Assembly (NCBI GenBank): GCA_005888735.1
Contig: VBBN01000027.1
Location: 10,969 to 74,968, forward strand
Length of the DNA: 64,000 nt
From: Candidatus Bathyarchaeota archaeon
GTDB taxonomy: Archaea; Thermoproteota; Bathyarchaeia; 40CM-2-53-6
Direction of reading: 5' to 3'
Below are positions 10,627-20,136 of the stretch, piece after piece. Position numbers and translations under genes: made by a program. The first letter of the stretch is position 1, and the number at the start of each line of letters is the position of its first letter. The notes beneath the pieces are model-generated. The model ran no database searches, was not told where the DNA came from, and was given only the letters and a program-made list of their open reading frames with translations.

Positions 10627-11490
10627 CCAAGAATTGTCCACGAGCTTACGGGCGACTCCACTACGAAACAAGTTACTCTCCTACTAGCCCAAACGGCCCC
10701 GAAACTTTGCGACAAGCAGCACAATCTCCAAAGCATCGCAGTCCAGGCGGGCAAAGCTAGAAGGAAGAACGTGGACTTTCTAGTCTTCCCGGAGCTTCAC
10801 CTAACAGGCTACACCATGAAGGATGAGGTCTACAACCAGGCCGAGCCAATACCTGGGCCAAGCGTGAAGAAGGTGGAGAAGGTCGCTCGTGAACACGGCC
10901 TCCACATTCTCTTCGGAATGCCGGAGGAGAGTGAGGTCAAAGGTGTTCTGCACAACACCGCTGTTCTAATCGGGCCTAAGGGTTTCGTTGGGAAATATCG
11001 AAAGATACACCTGCCAACGCACACTGTGTTTGAGGAGAGGCGGTACTACAGGCCGGGTCGGGACGCACCAGTGTTCGCGACTCCTCTCGGAACTATTGGG
11101 CTAACAATCTGCTACGATTTGTACTTCCCAGAACTGACCCGACTCTTAACCCTACAGGGAGCGCAGTTGATTGTCGCCATATCAGCCAGCCCCAGCCTCC
11201 GCCGGACCTTCTTCGAAGGCTTCTGCCTGAGCCGGGCGATGGAGAACGCTGTCTACCTCACATATGTTAACAGGGTCGGTGTTGAAGATGGGCTGCAGTT
11301 CTGGGGCGGCAGCAGAGTAGTCTCACCAGGTGGCTCAATCCTAGCCCAGTGTAAGTACGACGAGGAAGAATTTCAACTATGCAAGATTGACCTAGACGAG
11401 GTGTCAAGGTCACGCGCGTTCATCCCGACAATAAAAGACCTAGAACCAGCCCTCTTCGACCAGTTACGTATCAAAAGCCGAGAAGCATAG
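10627..11490 (+). CDS. Carbon-nitrogen hydrolase (nitrilase family)
   Basis: FPE, YRKIHL and ICYD catalytic triad motifs. The frame extends 5' of the GTG at 10771 (..KQVTLLLAQTAPKL..) to a TAA at 10624-10626. True start unclear. Confidence 0.9.
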   Translation, partial: PRIVHELTGDSTTKQVTLLLAQTAPKLCDKQHNLQSIAVQAGKARRKNVDFLVFPELHLTGYTMKDEVYNQAEPIPGPSVKKVEKVAREHGLHILFGMPEESEVKGVLHNTAVLIGPKGFVGKYRKIHLPTHTVFEERRYYRPGRDAPVFATPLGTIGLTICYDLYFPELTRLLTLQGAQLIVAISASPSLRRTFFEGFCLSRAMENAVYLTYVNRVGVEDGLQFWGGSRVVSPGGSILAQCKYDEEEFQLCKIDLDEVSRSRAFIPTIKDLEPALFDQLRIKSREA

Positions 11491-11494
11491 TCAA

Positions 11495-12037
11495 GTGTTG
11501 ACCAAGAAATATCCAAGGCTAACCCTGGCACAAGGAGCAAGCCTATCAGTCATCGGCCTCTTCCTTGGAACCATTACGTGGCTAGCGGCCCTAGTTCCCA
11601 GCCTCCCCTTGGCAATCAAGCTCCCGCTACTGCTGTTCACGTGGTTCGCGCTCTGGTTCTTCACCCACGATCTCACCCACCATATAGTGGGAAGTATTGT
11701 TGGCGTCAAATTCCAGTACTATTTTCTAGGAAGGTCGGGAATCACCAAGCTCAAGCTGCCTCTGGTTTCTAGGCTGATGAAACATGTTCCTGTTCTAGTT
11801 CTGAAAATAGACAAAGCTTCGCTAGACAAGATTTCAGTAGCCTCTCGCAAATGGATGCATGCTTCAGGAGCAATCGCTTCGATGGCTATGCCTGTTCTGA
11901 TTCTTCCAACCGCTTATACAACAGGACCCGTCTGGGTAGGAGTCCTCTTCACAATCATGGTGGTAGGGAGTGCAGTGTTCACCCTCTACTTCAGCCCTAA
12001 GTCAGGAGACCTATACAGGGCGAGGATTGCCAAGTGA
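11495..12037 (+). CDS. Membrane protein with HDxxH motif (M50-peptidase-like)
   Basis: About 4 TM segments, FFTHDLTHHIVG, and C-terminal SPKSGDL. Confidence 0.6.
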   Translation: MLTKKYPRLTLAQGASLSVIGLFLGTITWLAALVPSLPLAIKLPLLLFTWFALWFFTHDLTHHIVGSIVGVKFQYYFLGRSGITKLKLPLVSRLMKHVPVLVLKIDKASLDKISVASRKWMHASGAIASMAMPVLILPTAYTTGPVWVGVLFTIMVVGSAVFTLYFSPKSGDLYRARIAK

Positions 12038-12156
12038 GAACGTCGCGGCGAGTGGCCTGAATGGTTTTCTTTTGGAATACAGGTATTCCCAGAGGGGCCT
12101 TGAGGGAGAACCCTCATTAGCCCCTTCTGGCCAAGTCATCCACAGGCGTTTACTCC

Positions 12157-12762
12157 ATGAAGGGTCGCAACTATAGGTCAGCAGCGGGCCAACCCTACAC
12201 ACGGATGAAGTACATTCACGGGTCCCCCGCACCCAAGGTCTCCAAGTTCAACATGGGAGACCTAGCGGTCCAGTTTCCTCGACGGGTCCATCTCCTCGCC
12301 CGTGAGAGGGTTCAGATCCGACACAACGCGCTAGAATCGGCCCGGGTTGCGGCTAACAAGGTCCTCTTTGACAAGTACGGTGAGACAGGCTACAGGTTGC
12401 AGCTGCGCCCGTACCCGCACATTATTCTCCGGGAGAATAAGATGATCGCGACCGCTGGAGCGGACAGGTTGCAGGAGGGCATGAGAAGAGCTTTCGGCAA
12501 GCCCACAGGACGGGCGGCAAGAGTCATGGACGGACAGCCAATCTTCACTATCTACGTGAACGTTGACGGCGTGGAAACCGCGAAGAAAGCCTTGGACACC
12601 GCCTCGACAAAGCTCCCGATGAAAACCCGGGTTTTGGTGGAAACGGTTGAGATGAAACCGGAACCCGTTGAAAAAGTAGAGCTAGAGGCCGAAACGGGCG
12701 GGTCAGAACTGGAGCAGGCCGAGCCTGAAGCAGCAGCGGTACAGCAAGCCGCAGGAGCCTAA
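12157..12762 (+). CDS. rpl10e: 50S ribosomal protein L10e/uL16
   Basis: QIRHNALESARVAANK and RENKMIATAGADRLQEGMRRAFGKP, with an acidic C-terminal tail. Confidence 0.97.
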   Translation: MKGRNYRSAAGQPYTRMKYIHGSPAPKVSKFNMGDLAVQFPRRVHLLARERVQIRHNALESARVAANKVLFDKYGETGYRLQLRPYPHIILRENKMIATAGADRLQEGMRRAFGKPTGRAARVMDGQPIFTIYVNVDGVETAKKALDTASTKLPMKTRVLVETVEMKPEPVEKVELEAETGGSELEQAEPEAAAVQQAAGA

Positions 12763-12768
12763 CAAGTT

Positions 12769-15156
12769 ATGGTTCGCCCCGAAGACCCTATTGTAATCTG
12801 GCTTGAGAATGTCCGGAAGGGAGACGTCCACTTGGTCGGGGGCAAGTGCGCCAATCTAGGCGAGCTGACGGCTGAAGGCATACGTGTTCCACCTGGCTTC
12901 GCGGTCACTGCAAGCGCGTTCAAACGGTTCCTAGACGAGACGAAAATAGAGGAGGTCATTCACAAAACTCTCAAGCATTCTAACGGGTCCAAGGATCCAA
13001 GGATGTATGAGGAGGCGTCACAGAACATTCGCAAGCTCATCGAGTCCGTTCAGATGCCGGATGACATTGCTGTCGAGCTGAGAAAATCGTACAGGTCATT
13101 ATCAGAAAGAACTGGGGCGAAGGAGACGCTTGTCGCCATCAGGTCGTCCGCAACAGGCGAGGACCTTCCCGACGCCTCGTTCGCGGGACAGCAGGACTCG
13201 TATCTCAACGTGAAAGGTGAAGACCAGTTGCTACACTATGTTCAGAAGTGCTGGTCAAGCCTCTACACACCACGCGCAATCTTCTACCGTGAAGAGAAAG
13301 GCTTCCCCCATGAAAAAGTGCTCATCAGCGTCGGAGTCCAGAAAATGGTGGATTCTAAGTGTTCAGGCGTCGTGTTCACTCTCGACCCTGTTAACGGGGA
13401 CCCGTCCAAGATTGTTATAGAAGCCACGTGGGGCCTCGGCGAAGCCCTCGTCGCTGGGCACGTGAACCCTGATAGGTACATTGTAGACAAGGGGACATTG
13501 CAGCTCGTCCACAAAGACATCGTTCCCAAAACCGTCGAACACGTTCCCAACAGGGAGACCGGCTTAACTATGAAACGGGAAGTCGCCTCGGACCGTCGTA
13601 ATGTTGCCTGTCTATCCGACGAGGAGGCGGTCGAGCTTGCCAAACTCGCCCTCAACATCGAGGAGCACTACGGCGTGCCCCAGGATATCGAGTTCGCTTC
13701 AGAACAGACCAAGGATGGTAACGCCGTGTATATCGTGCAGGCACGTCCAGAGACTTTCTGGAGCAAGATGAAGACTCCGGTCGACGAGTCCTCCCGGCAC
13801 ATAGTAGCCCGAATAATGGTCGTCCAAGGGTTGCCCGCTAGCCCGGGGTTGCACGCTGGTAAAGCGAAGATTATCAACAGCCCACAGGAGGCTGGACGGT
13901 TGATGAAGGACAAAGACATTCTGGTTACTAGGATGACGAACCCGGACTGGGTCCCGTATATGAAAATCGCCGGGGCAATTGTAACCGAGGATGGGGGGAC
14001 GACCTGTCACGCGGCTATTGTTTCACGGGAAATGGGAATACCATGCATTGTTGGCGCGAGGAATGCCACCCGCTTACTCCAGACCGGGAGCGAGTACACC
14101 GTCGATGCCAAGGCAGGAGTTGTATACAGGGGGCTGGTTGAGGATATTCTCAAGCCGCCGACTCCGGCCCAGCAGATTCCTACCGTTATACCCATCACAT
14201 CGACGAAAATCTACGTGAACATATCACTCCCCGAGCTGGCCGAAAAGGTTGCACGCGAGACCCAAGCTGACGGTGTTGGCCTTCTCCGGGCCGAGCACAT
14301 GATGCTCTCGGTCGGAAAGCATCCGCGAATGCTGATCGAGGAAGGAGGAGGGCAGCACATGGTCGACGCGTTCGCCGAGGGGGTTCGAAGGGTCGCCACC
14401 CCGTTCGCGCCCAGACCTGTCGTCTACCGTTGTCTCGATTTCAAGCCCGACGAGTTCCTAGGACTACCGGGAGGTGAAAAATACGAGAAGGAAGCAGGCC
14501 ACGTCGGTCCCAACCCCCTCCTAGGCTACCGCGGCTGCTTCAGATACGTGAAAGAGCCGGACATTTTCCGGCTGGAATGCAAAGCCATACGAAAAGTCCG
14601 GGAAGAGTACAAGCTGACAAACGTGCACGTCATGCTGCCATTCGTCAGGACGCTGGAGGATTTCAGGAACGCGAAGAAGATTCTTGAAGAGGAAGGTCTC
14701 AAGCGAGGCCCCGACTTCAAGCTGTGGATTATGGTCGAGGTCCCAGCGACGGTTCTCTTGATCGACAAGTTTGTCCAAGAAGGAATCGACGGCGTATCAT
14801 TCGGGACCAACGACCTTACGATGCTCATCCTCGGCATCGACCGAGACGACGCGTCAATCCAGGAAATTTACGACGAACGGAACCTAGCAGTGCTCAGGGC
14901 GATGAGCCATGTGATTAGAATCTGCAACGAGCACGGCATCACAACCTCCATCTGCGGACAAGCCCCGTCAAACTATCCTGAAGTTGTCGAGTTCCTAGTC
15001 AGGGAGGGGGCTGTGAGCATGAGTGTCAACCCGGACAGGGTGATTGAGACGAAGCAGCTGGTCGCCTCTATTGAGCAAAAGTTGATCATGGAGGGCATGC
15101 GGAAGATGCGGCAGAGTCAGGACCCTGCGGTCTTCGAGCCCCGTTGGCCCAAGTAG
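12769..15156 (+). CDS. ppsA: Phosphoenolpyruvate synthase (pyruvate,water dikinase)
   Basis: GGKCANLGEL, RSSATGEDLPDASFAGQQ, QARPET, GGTTCHAAIVSRE (phospho-His), SFGTNDLT, SICGQAPS. Confidence 0.96.
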   Translation: MVRPEDPIVIWLENVRKGDVHLVGGKCANLGELTAEGIRVPPGFAVTASAFKRFLDETKIEEVIHKTLKHSNGSKDPRMYEEASQNIRKLIESVQMPDDIAVELRKSYRSLSERTGAKETLVAIRSSATGEDLPDASFAGQQDSYLNVKGEDQLLHYVQKCWSSLYTPRAIFYREEKGFPHEKVLISVGVQKMVDSKCSGVVFTLDPVNGDPSKIVIEATWGLGEALVAGHVNPDRYIVDKGTLQLVHKDIVPKTVEHVPNRETGLTMKREVASDRRNVACLSDEEAVELAKLALNIEEHYGVPQDIEFASEQTKDGNAVYIVQARPETFWSKMKTPVDESSRHIVARIMVVQGLPASPGLHAGKAKIINSPQEAGRLMKDKDILVTRMTNPDWVPYMKIAGAIVTEDGGTTCHAAIVSREMGIPCIVGARNATRLLQTGSEYTVDAKAGVVYRGLVEDILKPPTPAQQIPTVIPITSTKIYVNISLPELAEKVARETQADGVGLLRAEHMMLSVGKHPRMLIEEGGGQHMVDAFAEGVRRVATPFAPRPVVYRCLDFKPDEFLGLPGGEKYEKEAGHVGPNPLLGYRGCFRYVKEPDIFRLECKAIRKVREEYKLTNVHVMLPFVRTLEDFRNAKKILEEEGLKRGPDFKLWIMVEVPATVLLIDKFVQEGIDGVSFGTNDLTMLILGIDRDDASIQEIYDERNLAVLRAMSHVIRICNEHGITTSICGQAPSNYPEVVEFLVREGAVSMSVNPDRVIETKQLVASIEQKLIMEGMRKMRQSQDPAVFEPRWPK

Positions 15157-15614
15157 TGTTCGAAAACTTCGTTCGGTATATCAAAGAAAACTATTCTGGC
15201 GCGCGCAAAATTGTCGAGGTTGGAGTAGGCCATCGTATTGACGTTGCGTTGATGGTGAAGCTCTACATTCCGAATGCCGAGGTCATAGTGACGGACAAGG
15301 ATGAGAAGTGGATACGGACCAGAAAGACTCCGAAAGTGAGGGCTGTGGCTGACGATGTTGCATTTCCAAGCATGCCCGTGTACGAGGGGGCGGGATTGAT
15401 CTACTCACTCCAACCGCCATTGGAGCTCGTCCCATCCATGATTGAACTGGCAGGCAAAGTGAGCGCAGACCTACTCATTGCACCGTTACGCGATGAGCAG
15501 GAGGCGTTTCATAGAGCAAACTGGAGTAAGGTTGTGAGGGAGGGACGAACCGTCGGATGGGTCCTAGCCGCAAGACACAACACCCGTTTCTCACGTGAGG
15601 AATACCGCCGCTAG
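15144..15614 (+). CDS. UPF0146 family protein
   Basis: KIVEVGVG, VIVTD, DDV and YEGAGLIYSLQPPLEL pattern of archaeal UPF0146. Confidence 0.8.
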   Translation: MAQVVFENFVRYIKENYSGARKIVEVGVGHRIDVALMVKLYIPNAEVIVTDKDEKWIRTRKTPKVRAVADDVAFPSMPVYEGAGLIYSLQPPLELVPSMIELAGKVSADLLIAPLRDEQEAFHRANWSKVVREGRTVGWVLAARHNTRFSREEYRR

Positions 15615-15767
15615 CACCCTGGATTTTCTGATTAGCTGTTCGGGAATTTGGCCTTAAGGTGTGGGGCCATACAAGTCCAGTCTTAATCTCGTACCCTTCT
15701 CTTCCCGTCTCATTTGCCTTGATGGGGTTTGCGAAGGCCTGTGGATCGGTGCTGACGACCTGAGGAT

Positions 15768-16232
15768 TCACAGGTATCTGGCGCAGTTTATGCTCCTGGC
15801 GAAGTGCGAGATATGGGCCACGAGAAACAGGAGAGCTGGTATGACAAGACTGGTGGCTAGGATCCACGTGATCTGGTTTGAGGCTTGGATTTGCGGGCAA
15901 GCCCATTGAGCTGTGGGGTCAGCAGGGTAGAGTTTGGAGTATCCGCAAACATCGACTGTATGGTCAAGCTCAATCGCTGCTCCAATCCAACTAAAGACTC
16001 CTAAGACGCCGAGGAAGAAGCCCGAAACCATCAACGCGCCGACACGGTTGAAGCTAGCTCGTCCTCTAACGACCAGGCCACGGGCTGCGGTGACGATTCC
16101 TGTCTCTGCTACCAGCAACGATGGTACAATCGCCGTAGTTGCGAGGATGTAGACTAACGACATGCGAGTCCATGATAACATGGCAAGTCCTCCATCGGAC
16201 GATGCTCCTATGGAGACCAGACGCCGGTTCAA
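15768..16232 (-). CDS. Hypothetical membrane protein (C-terminus possibly frameshifted)
   Basis: Three hydrophobic segments with a two-Cys loop. Confidence 0.5.
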   Translation of the reverse strand: MNRRLVSIGASSDGGLAMLSWTRMSLVYILATTAIVPSLLVAETGIVTAARGLVVRGRASFNRVGALMVSGFFLGVLGVFSWIGAAIELDHTVDVCGYSKLYPADPTAQWACPQIQASNQITWILATSLVIPALLFLVAHISHFARSINCARYL

Positions 16233-16574
16233 AGTGGAATGGTCTAGTCCTATGTCGGAGATGCCTACACGCTTTGCGGAAAAACGAGTTGGATAGTTAT
16301 CGAAATCTTTCAGTCGAAATGCTCTCTTGGGCTACCTTTCCACTAAGTGTACTACGATGGATTGGAAGTATGGTATTGGCACCTGGTACAGCTACGCCAA
16401 CTGAGCTCGGTCGAGCGAATCAGGACAAGTCCCAAACCTGGAAGATGTCGTGCTTCTTCAGGTGACCCGAGAAGTGTCCGGACAGCTCGGCGTCCCCTAC
16501 TGGTATAAGCAGATTCTATGGGGAAGGTTTAACGCGGCGGCGTCGGGTCTGATCTGTCATAAACCCGAAACGTA

Positions 16575-17050
16575 ATTCCGGAAGAACGTCCCGTCCCGGC
16601 GCACGAATCGTTATTATTCTCACGTAAGCCCTAAACCACCTGGCCCGCAAACGAAATTGAGCTACCTAAAAAAGTGCGAAAAACATTTTTTTGGACTCCG
16701 CTATTGAAAATCGAACAAAAATTAGCGTTGCGAAACGGATAATCGAGAATCAATCGTCGAAATCACTATCTTGAAATCAGTCTTTGAAATCAGCCTTGAA
16801 AATGGGGTTTCGAAAACCAGCACCCGTGAATTTTTTCTAGCCTCCGGGGGGGCTACTCGAATCTTGTATGCCAGCCCCGGCATCCCACGCCCTAAGCCGC
16901 CCCCTTTGCGAACCCAGTGCCTCCCCCGTCTTGCCAGAACTCCTAGCAGCGGAGACCCGGAACAAAGCCGGTTAGTGATAACGGTTCCAGGCCCCATGGG
17001 TCTAAGAGACACGGTAGCCCTAAATCTGTCGCAGCCTAACAGTATAACTG
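16575..17050. repeat. Non-coding element A with periodic (T)TGAAATCA-like repeats
   Basis: TCGAAATCAC 16757, TTGAAATCAG 16771 and 16784, TTGAAAAT 16796; A/T tracts and a G7 run near 16846. Confidence 0.6.
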
Positions 17051-17057
17051 TGAGCGG

Positions 17058-17363
17058 GTGGGCTGGTTGGGAAGGCGGTCCTCTCTGCGAAGCGATGCTC
17101 TAGTATCCTTTCTCCGAATCATAGCCATCTTCCTAGTCCCGGTCCTCGTAGCCGCTGCCGGCCTGGTCCTCCTGACAAGCCTGCCGACTGCCATTCTATG
17201 GGTCGGAATCATCGCCAGCATTACCTACGTCTACGTCCGGTTCAACGCGAAGCACAACGAGCACCCAGAATACGACGACCATCCACCACCGGAAGCCTAT
17301 ACCCAAGGGCTCGAAAGCTACCTCCACCTCTTGGAAAGACAAAGAAGGCGTGGGGAAGATTAA
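17058..17363 (+). CDS. Small hypothetical membrane protein
   Basis: Two TM helices followed by a charged tail; coding-like composition. Confidence 0.6.
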   Translation: MGWLGRRSSLRSDALVSFLRIIAIFLVPVLVAAAGLVLLTSLPTAILWVGIIASITYVYVRFNAKHNEHPEYDDHPPPEAYTQGLESYLHLLERQRRRGED

Positions 17364-17512
17364 CCCGGGAGTCAAATGGACCCGGGCCCTTTCTCTGCGC
17401 CCACTAGGGCGTTTGGTCCAGGCCGTCTCCCGGTTGGTGTGCAACATCTTGCTTGAAATACAAGTATGCAGGACACATTGGCTCGCCTGGAGAGTAGCCG
17501 CAGACGCGCACT

Positions 17513-18031
17513 ATAGGAGTTCAAAAAGAAGCATACTCTAGAAGACAGCAGATACTAGAGTTTATCCAGGCAAACCCGGGCGCTCACCTTCGAAAGGTCA
17601 AGCGCGAGCTCGACCTCGCAATGGGAGTCATCCAATACCATCTCTACAAGCTGGAAAAAGATCGCGCCATTGTCTCATTGAGACGAGGCCTCTACAAACG
17701 GTTCTATCCTAACATGGGGCTCGGGGTTGAGGAGCAGGAGATTCTCAGCGTTCTCTCCCAGGAGACCGAAAGGGACTTGATGCTCTACCTGATTCGGAAA
17801 CAGCAAACGAGCCAGAAGGAGCTCTCGGAGTTCGCTCACATCTCCGCGTCCTCGACAAACTGGCACATGAAGAGGCTAATCGAGGCAGGGCTCGTTGAGG
17901 CCAGGCGCGAAGCGGGTTTCGTCCTCTACAGGTGCAGAGGAGACCCGGCCAGGATCGTGAAGCTCCTCAAGAACTACCATCCAAGGATCTGGGAGACTTG
18001 GGCCGAGAGGCTTGCAGACCTCCTCACCTAG
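17513..18031 (+). CDS. Double winged-helix transcriptional regulator (COG3398-like)
   Basis: Frame extends 5' of ATG 17621: RRQQILEFIQANPGAHLRKVKRELDLAMGVIQYHLYKLE, then a second wHTH (SQKELSE..STNWHMKRLIEAGLV). No ATG/GTG/TTG between TAG 17495 and 17621; ATA 17513 proposed as start. Confidence 0.85.
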   Translation: MGVQKEAYSRRQQILEFIQANPGAHLRKVKRELDLAMGVIQYHLYKLEKDRAIVSLRRGLYKRFYPNMGLGVEEQEILSVLSQETERDLMLYLIRKQQTSQKELSEFAHISASSTNWHMKRLIEAGLVEARREAGFVLYRCRGDPARIVKLLKNYHPRIWETWAERLADLLT

Positions 18032-18042
18032 CCGAACTCGGG

Positions 18043-18408
18043 ATGAGCTTGTATGGAAGCATAGGAGACTGGGCAGTGCTTTCAATAGGTCCCAGCGGGC
18101 AGCCTCTCACAGACCCGTTCGAGATTCTTGAGCTGGGGAGGGGAGTCTTCGCCCTCGTCCTCTTCTCAGTTTCACTCTACGCCTGGTACAAGCGAAGGCA
18201 GCCTGCGTTAATCATCGTCTCGCTGGCCTTTCTCCCTTTTTTCGTTAAATCGGCCCTCGACCTGTTGCCTCTATCATCACCTGCTAACGAGTTCACCCGG
18301 CTTTCAATGGACTTTATTGCCCTCGCCCTCTTTTTCATTGCCATTGTCCTGAGGCCGAGGAAAGATGACAGCAGTGAAACAGTTGTAAAGCAACCGCTCG
18401 ATACGTGA
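18043..18408 (+). CDS. Small 3-TM membrane protein
   Basis: Three hydrophobic helices directly downstream of the wHTH gene. Confidence 0.7.
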   Translation: MSLYGSIGDWAVLSIGPSGQPLTDPFEILELGRGVFALVLFSVSLYAWYKRRQPALIIVSLAFLPFFVKSALDLLPLSSPANEFTRLSMDFIALALFFIAIVLRPRKDDSSETVVKQPLDT

Positions 18409-18409
18409 C

Positions 18410-18850
18410 GTTATTGGTCGCATTGTAGTGTATCATTGTTTAGAGAACTGTACCACGACCCCTAATAATCCACGAGGCCGCGTTTTCACGCGACCTTCGG
18501 AGAGCAATGCCCTCTGTCGGACCGTTCGAATTAACCGATGCAGAACTAGTTGGGCTCGAGTTTTTGGGGCAAGAGGATGGGCGAGAGTTGAGACGGATGG
18601 CTTTGCAAGCGTCGTGGTGTGGTAGCGAGCTAACGATCAAGGTCCACATACCGTAGCGGGGTCTTTCCCCGTCCATTGGGCAGGGTCTAGCATCTTGGAC
18701 GTGTTATCGAGTCCGTTCAGCCAGGATTGAAGGGTTCTACGCGGAATGGTGGCGAACTTTGTTCGGATTCGCTGGCGATAGACTAGAACTCCCATGGGCC
18801 CTAAAAAAGAACGCTGAGATTTTTTCCGGTTCATTAACAATTACTCCGCG
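18410..18850. repeat. Non-coding element B (shares an approx. 75-bp block with element D)
   Basis: 18751-18826 aligns by eye with 43583-43653 in the same orientation. Confidence 0.6.
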
Positions 18851-18891
18851 TGGCTGAACTTAAACGCCAGGCCTACGCGGTCTCTCCCGCG

Positions 18892-20136
18892 ATGAACACT
18901 GCTAGTCCGCGCAACGACCAGACGATAGTTGATAGTCTCAAGGCATCGGTTTCCCCGAGACTACCTTCACGGGTCAAGTGGCTCATTGTCAGTAATGCGT
19001 TCACGAGCGCGGGTGTAGGATACCTGATCGTATACATTACCGGCTATATGCCGGAGGTTGGCTTCAGTTCTGGAACAGTCGGGTTGTTGGTCGGCGTTTT
19101 TGGGCTCGTGACCATAGTCACAGGGATTCCATTCGGCCTGATATCCGATAGAATGGGAAGGAAGTGGCTTCTGTTGCTCGGGTCCATAGGTGTCGGGCCT
19201 AGTTTGGCAATATTTGCTTTGACGAGCGGCTTGTCTTACCTCTTGGTGAGCGCTATTCTTCTCGGTCTCGCTGAGGCGGCATCTTTGACCACTTGGAATG
19301 CGATAATTGCAGATCAGACTGTGAAAGAGAATCGCAACAACGCCTTCTCTTGGTCGTTCGTGGTAGGTACCATATCCTTCGGTGTGGGGTCGGCAGTGCC
19401 TTTTGTCTTTCCCCAGCTTCAGACCGCGCTGGGAGTCAGTTCCGCGACTGTCCACCAGAGCTTCATGATGTTCTTCGCCCTTCTCTCGGTGGCCACTCCA
19501 GTGTTCCTGGTTCTGCTGCTCAGAAACTATGCCGAGGTTGTTCGCCCTGGTGCGAAGTTGCTGAAGTCGGGGCCAAGCATGAGATTGTTGCTGAAGTTTT
19601 CAGGCATCAACAGCCTCATCGGGCTGGGGGCAGGCTTCATCATTCCCCTCATACCAACATGGTTCTACCTCAAATTTGCTATTCCCGACACGTACAGCGG
19701 TCCGTTGCTTGCCGTCTCGAATGTCACGATAGGTCTGTCCGCATTAACTAGCTCACGTCTTGCCAAAACGTATGGGCAGGTGAACTCCATAGCGATGGTG
19801 ACAGGCTCTGCCACGGTCCTCATGCTCAGCCTGGCATTCGTCTTCAACCCGCTCCTCGCGGCCGGGCTGTACATTGCTCGGGCGGCTCTGATGAACATGG
19901 CCAGCCCGTTAATGGATTCATACCTGATGGGAATAATCACTGTTGAAGAGCGGGGTTTGGCGAGCGCGATCAACTCGATAATCTGGAGGCTCCCAAACAG
20001 CGTCAGCACAGTGCTGGGCGGGTCAATACTCGAATCTGGAATGTTTGACCTTCCGTTCTACTTGGCCGCAGGCTTTTACGCAGTCTCGGTCACACTGTTC
20101 TACACGGTCTTTCGGAAAGTGAGCCCAAAGAACTGA
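18892..20136 (+). CDS. MFS transporter
   Basis: About 12 TM, motif A GLISDRMGRK, EERGLASAI. ATG 18892 lies about 30 nt after CTTAAA. Confidence 0.92.
   Translation: MNTASPRNDQTIVDSLKASVSPRLPSRVKWLIVSNAFTSAGVGYLIVYITGYMPEVGFSSGTVGLLVGVFGLVTIVTGIPFGLISDRMGRKWLLLLGSIGVGPSLAIFALTSGLSYLLVSAILLGLAEAASLTTWNAIIADQTVKENRNNAFSWSFVVGTISFGVGSAVPFVFPQLQTALGVSSATVHQSFMMFFALLSVATPVFLVLLLRNYAEVVRPGAKLLKSGPSMRLLLKFSGINSLIGLGAGFIIPLIPTWFYLKFAIPDTYSGPLLAVSNVTIGLSALTSSRLAKTYGQVNSIAMVTGSATVLMLSLAFVFNPLLAAGLYIARAALMNMASPLMDSYLMGIITVEERGLASAINSIIWRLPNSVSTVLGGSILESGMFDLPFYLAAGFYAVSVTLFYTVFRKVSPKN

Noticed and set aside
16357-16575. ORF with in-frame TGA (16402) as a possible selenoprotein
   Set aside because: No redox motif or SECIS-like element is visible; more likely a decayed fragment or noise.
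16650-16860. Replication origin (ORB boxes)
   Set aside because: No TCCAnTGGAA-type ORB consensus and no adjacent orc1/cdc6 gene.
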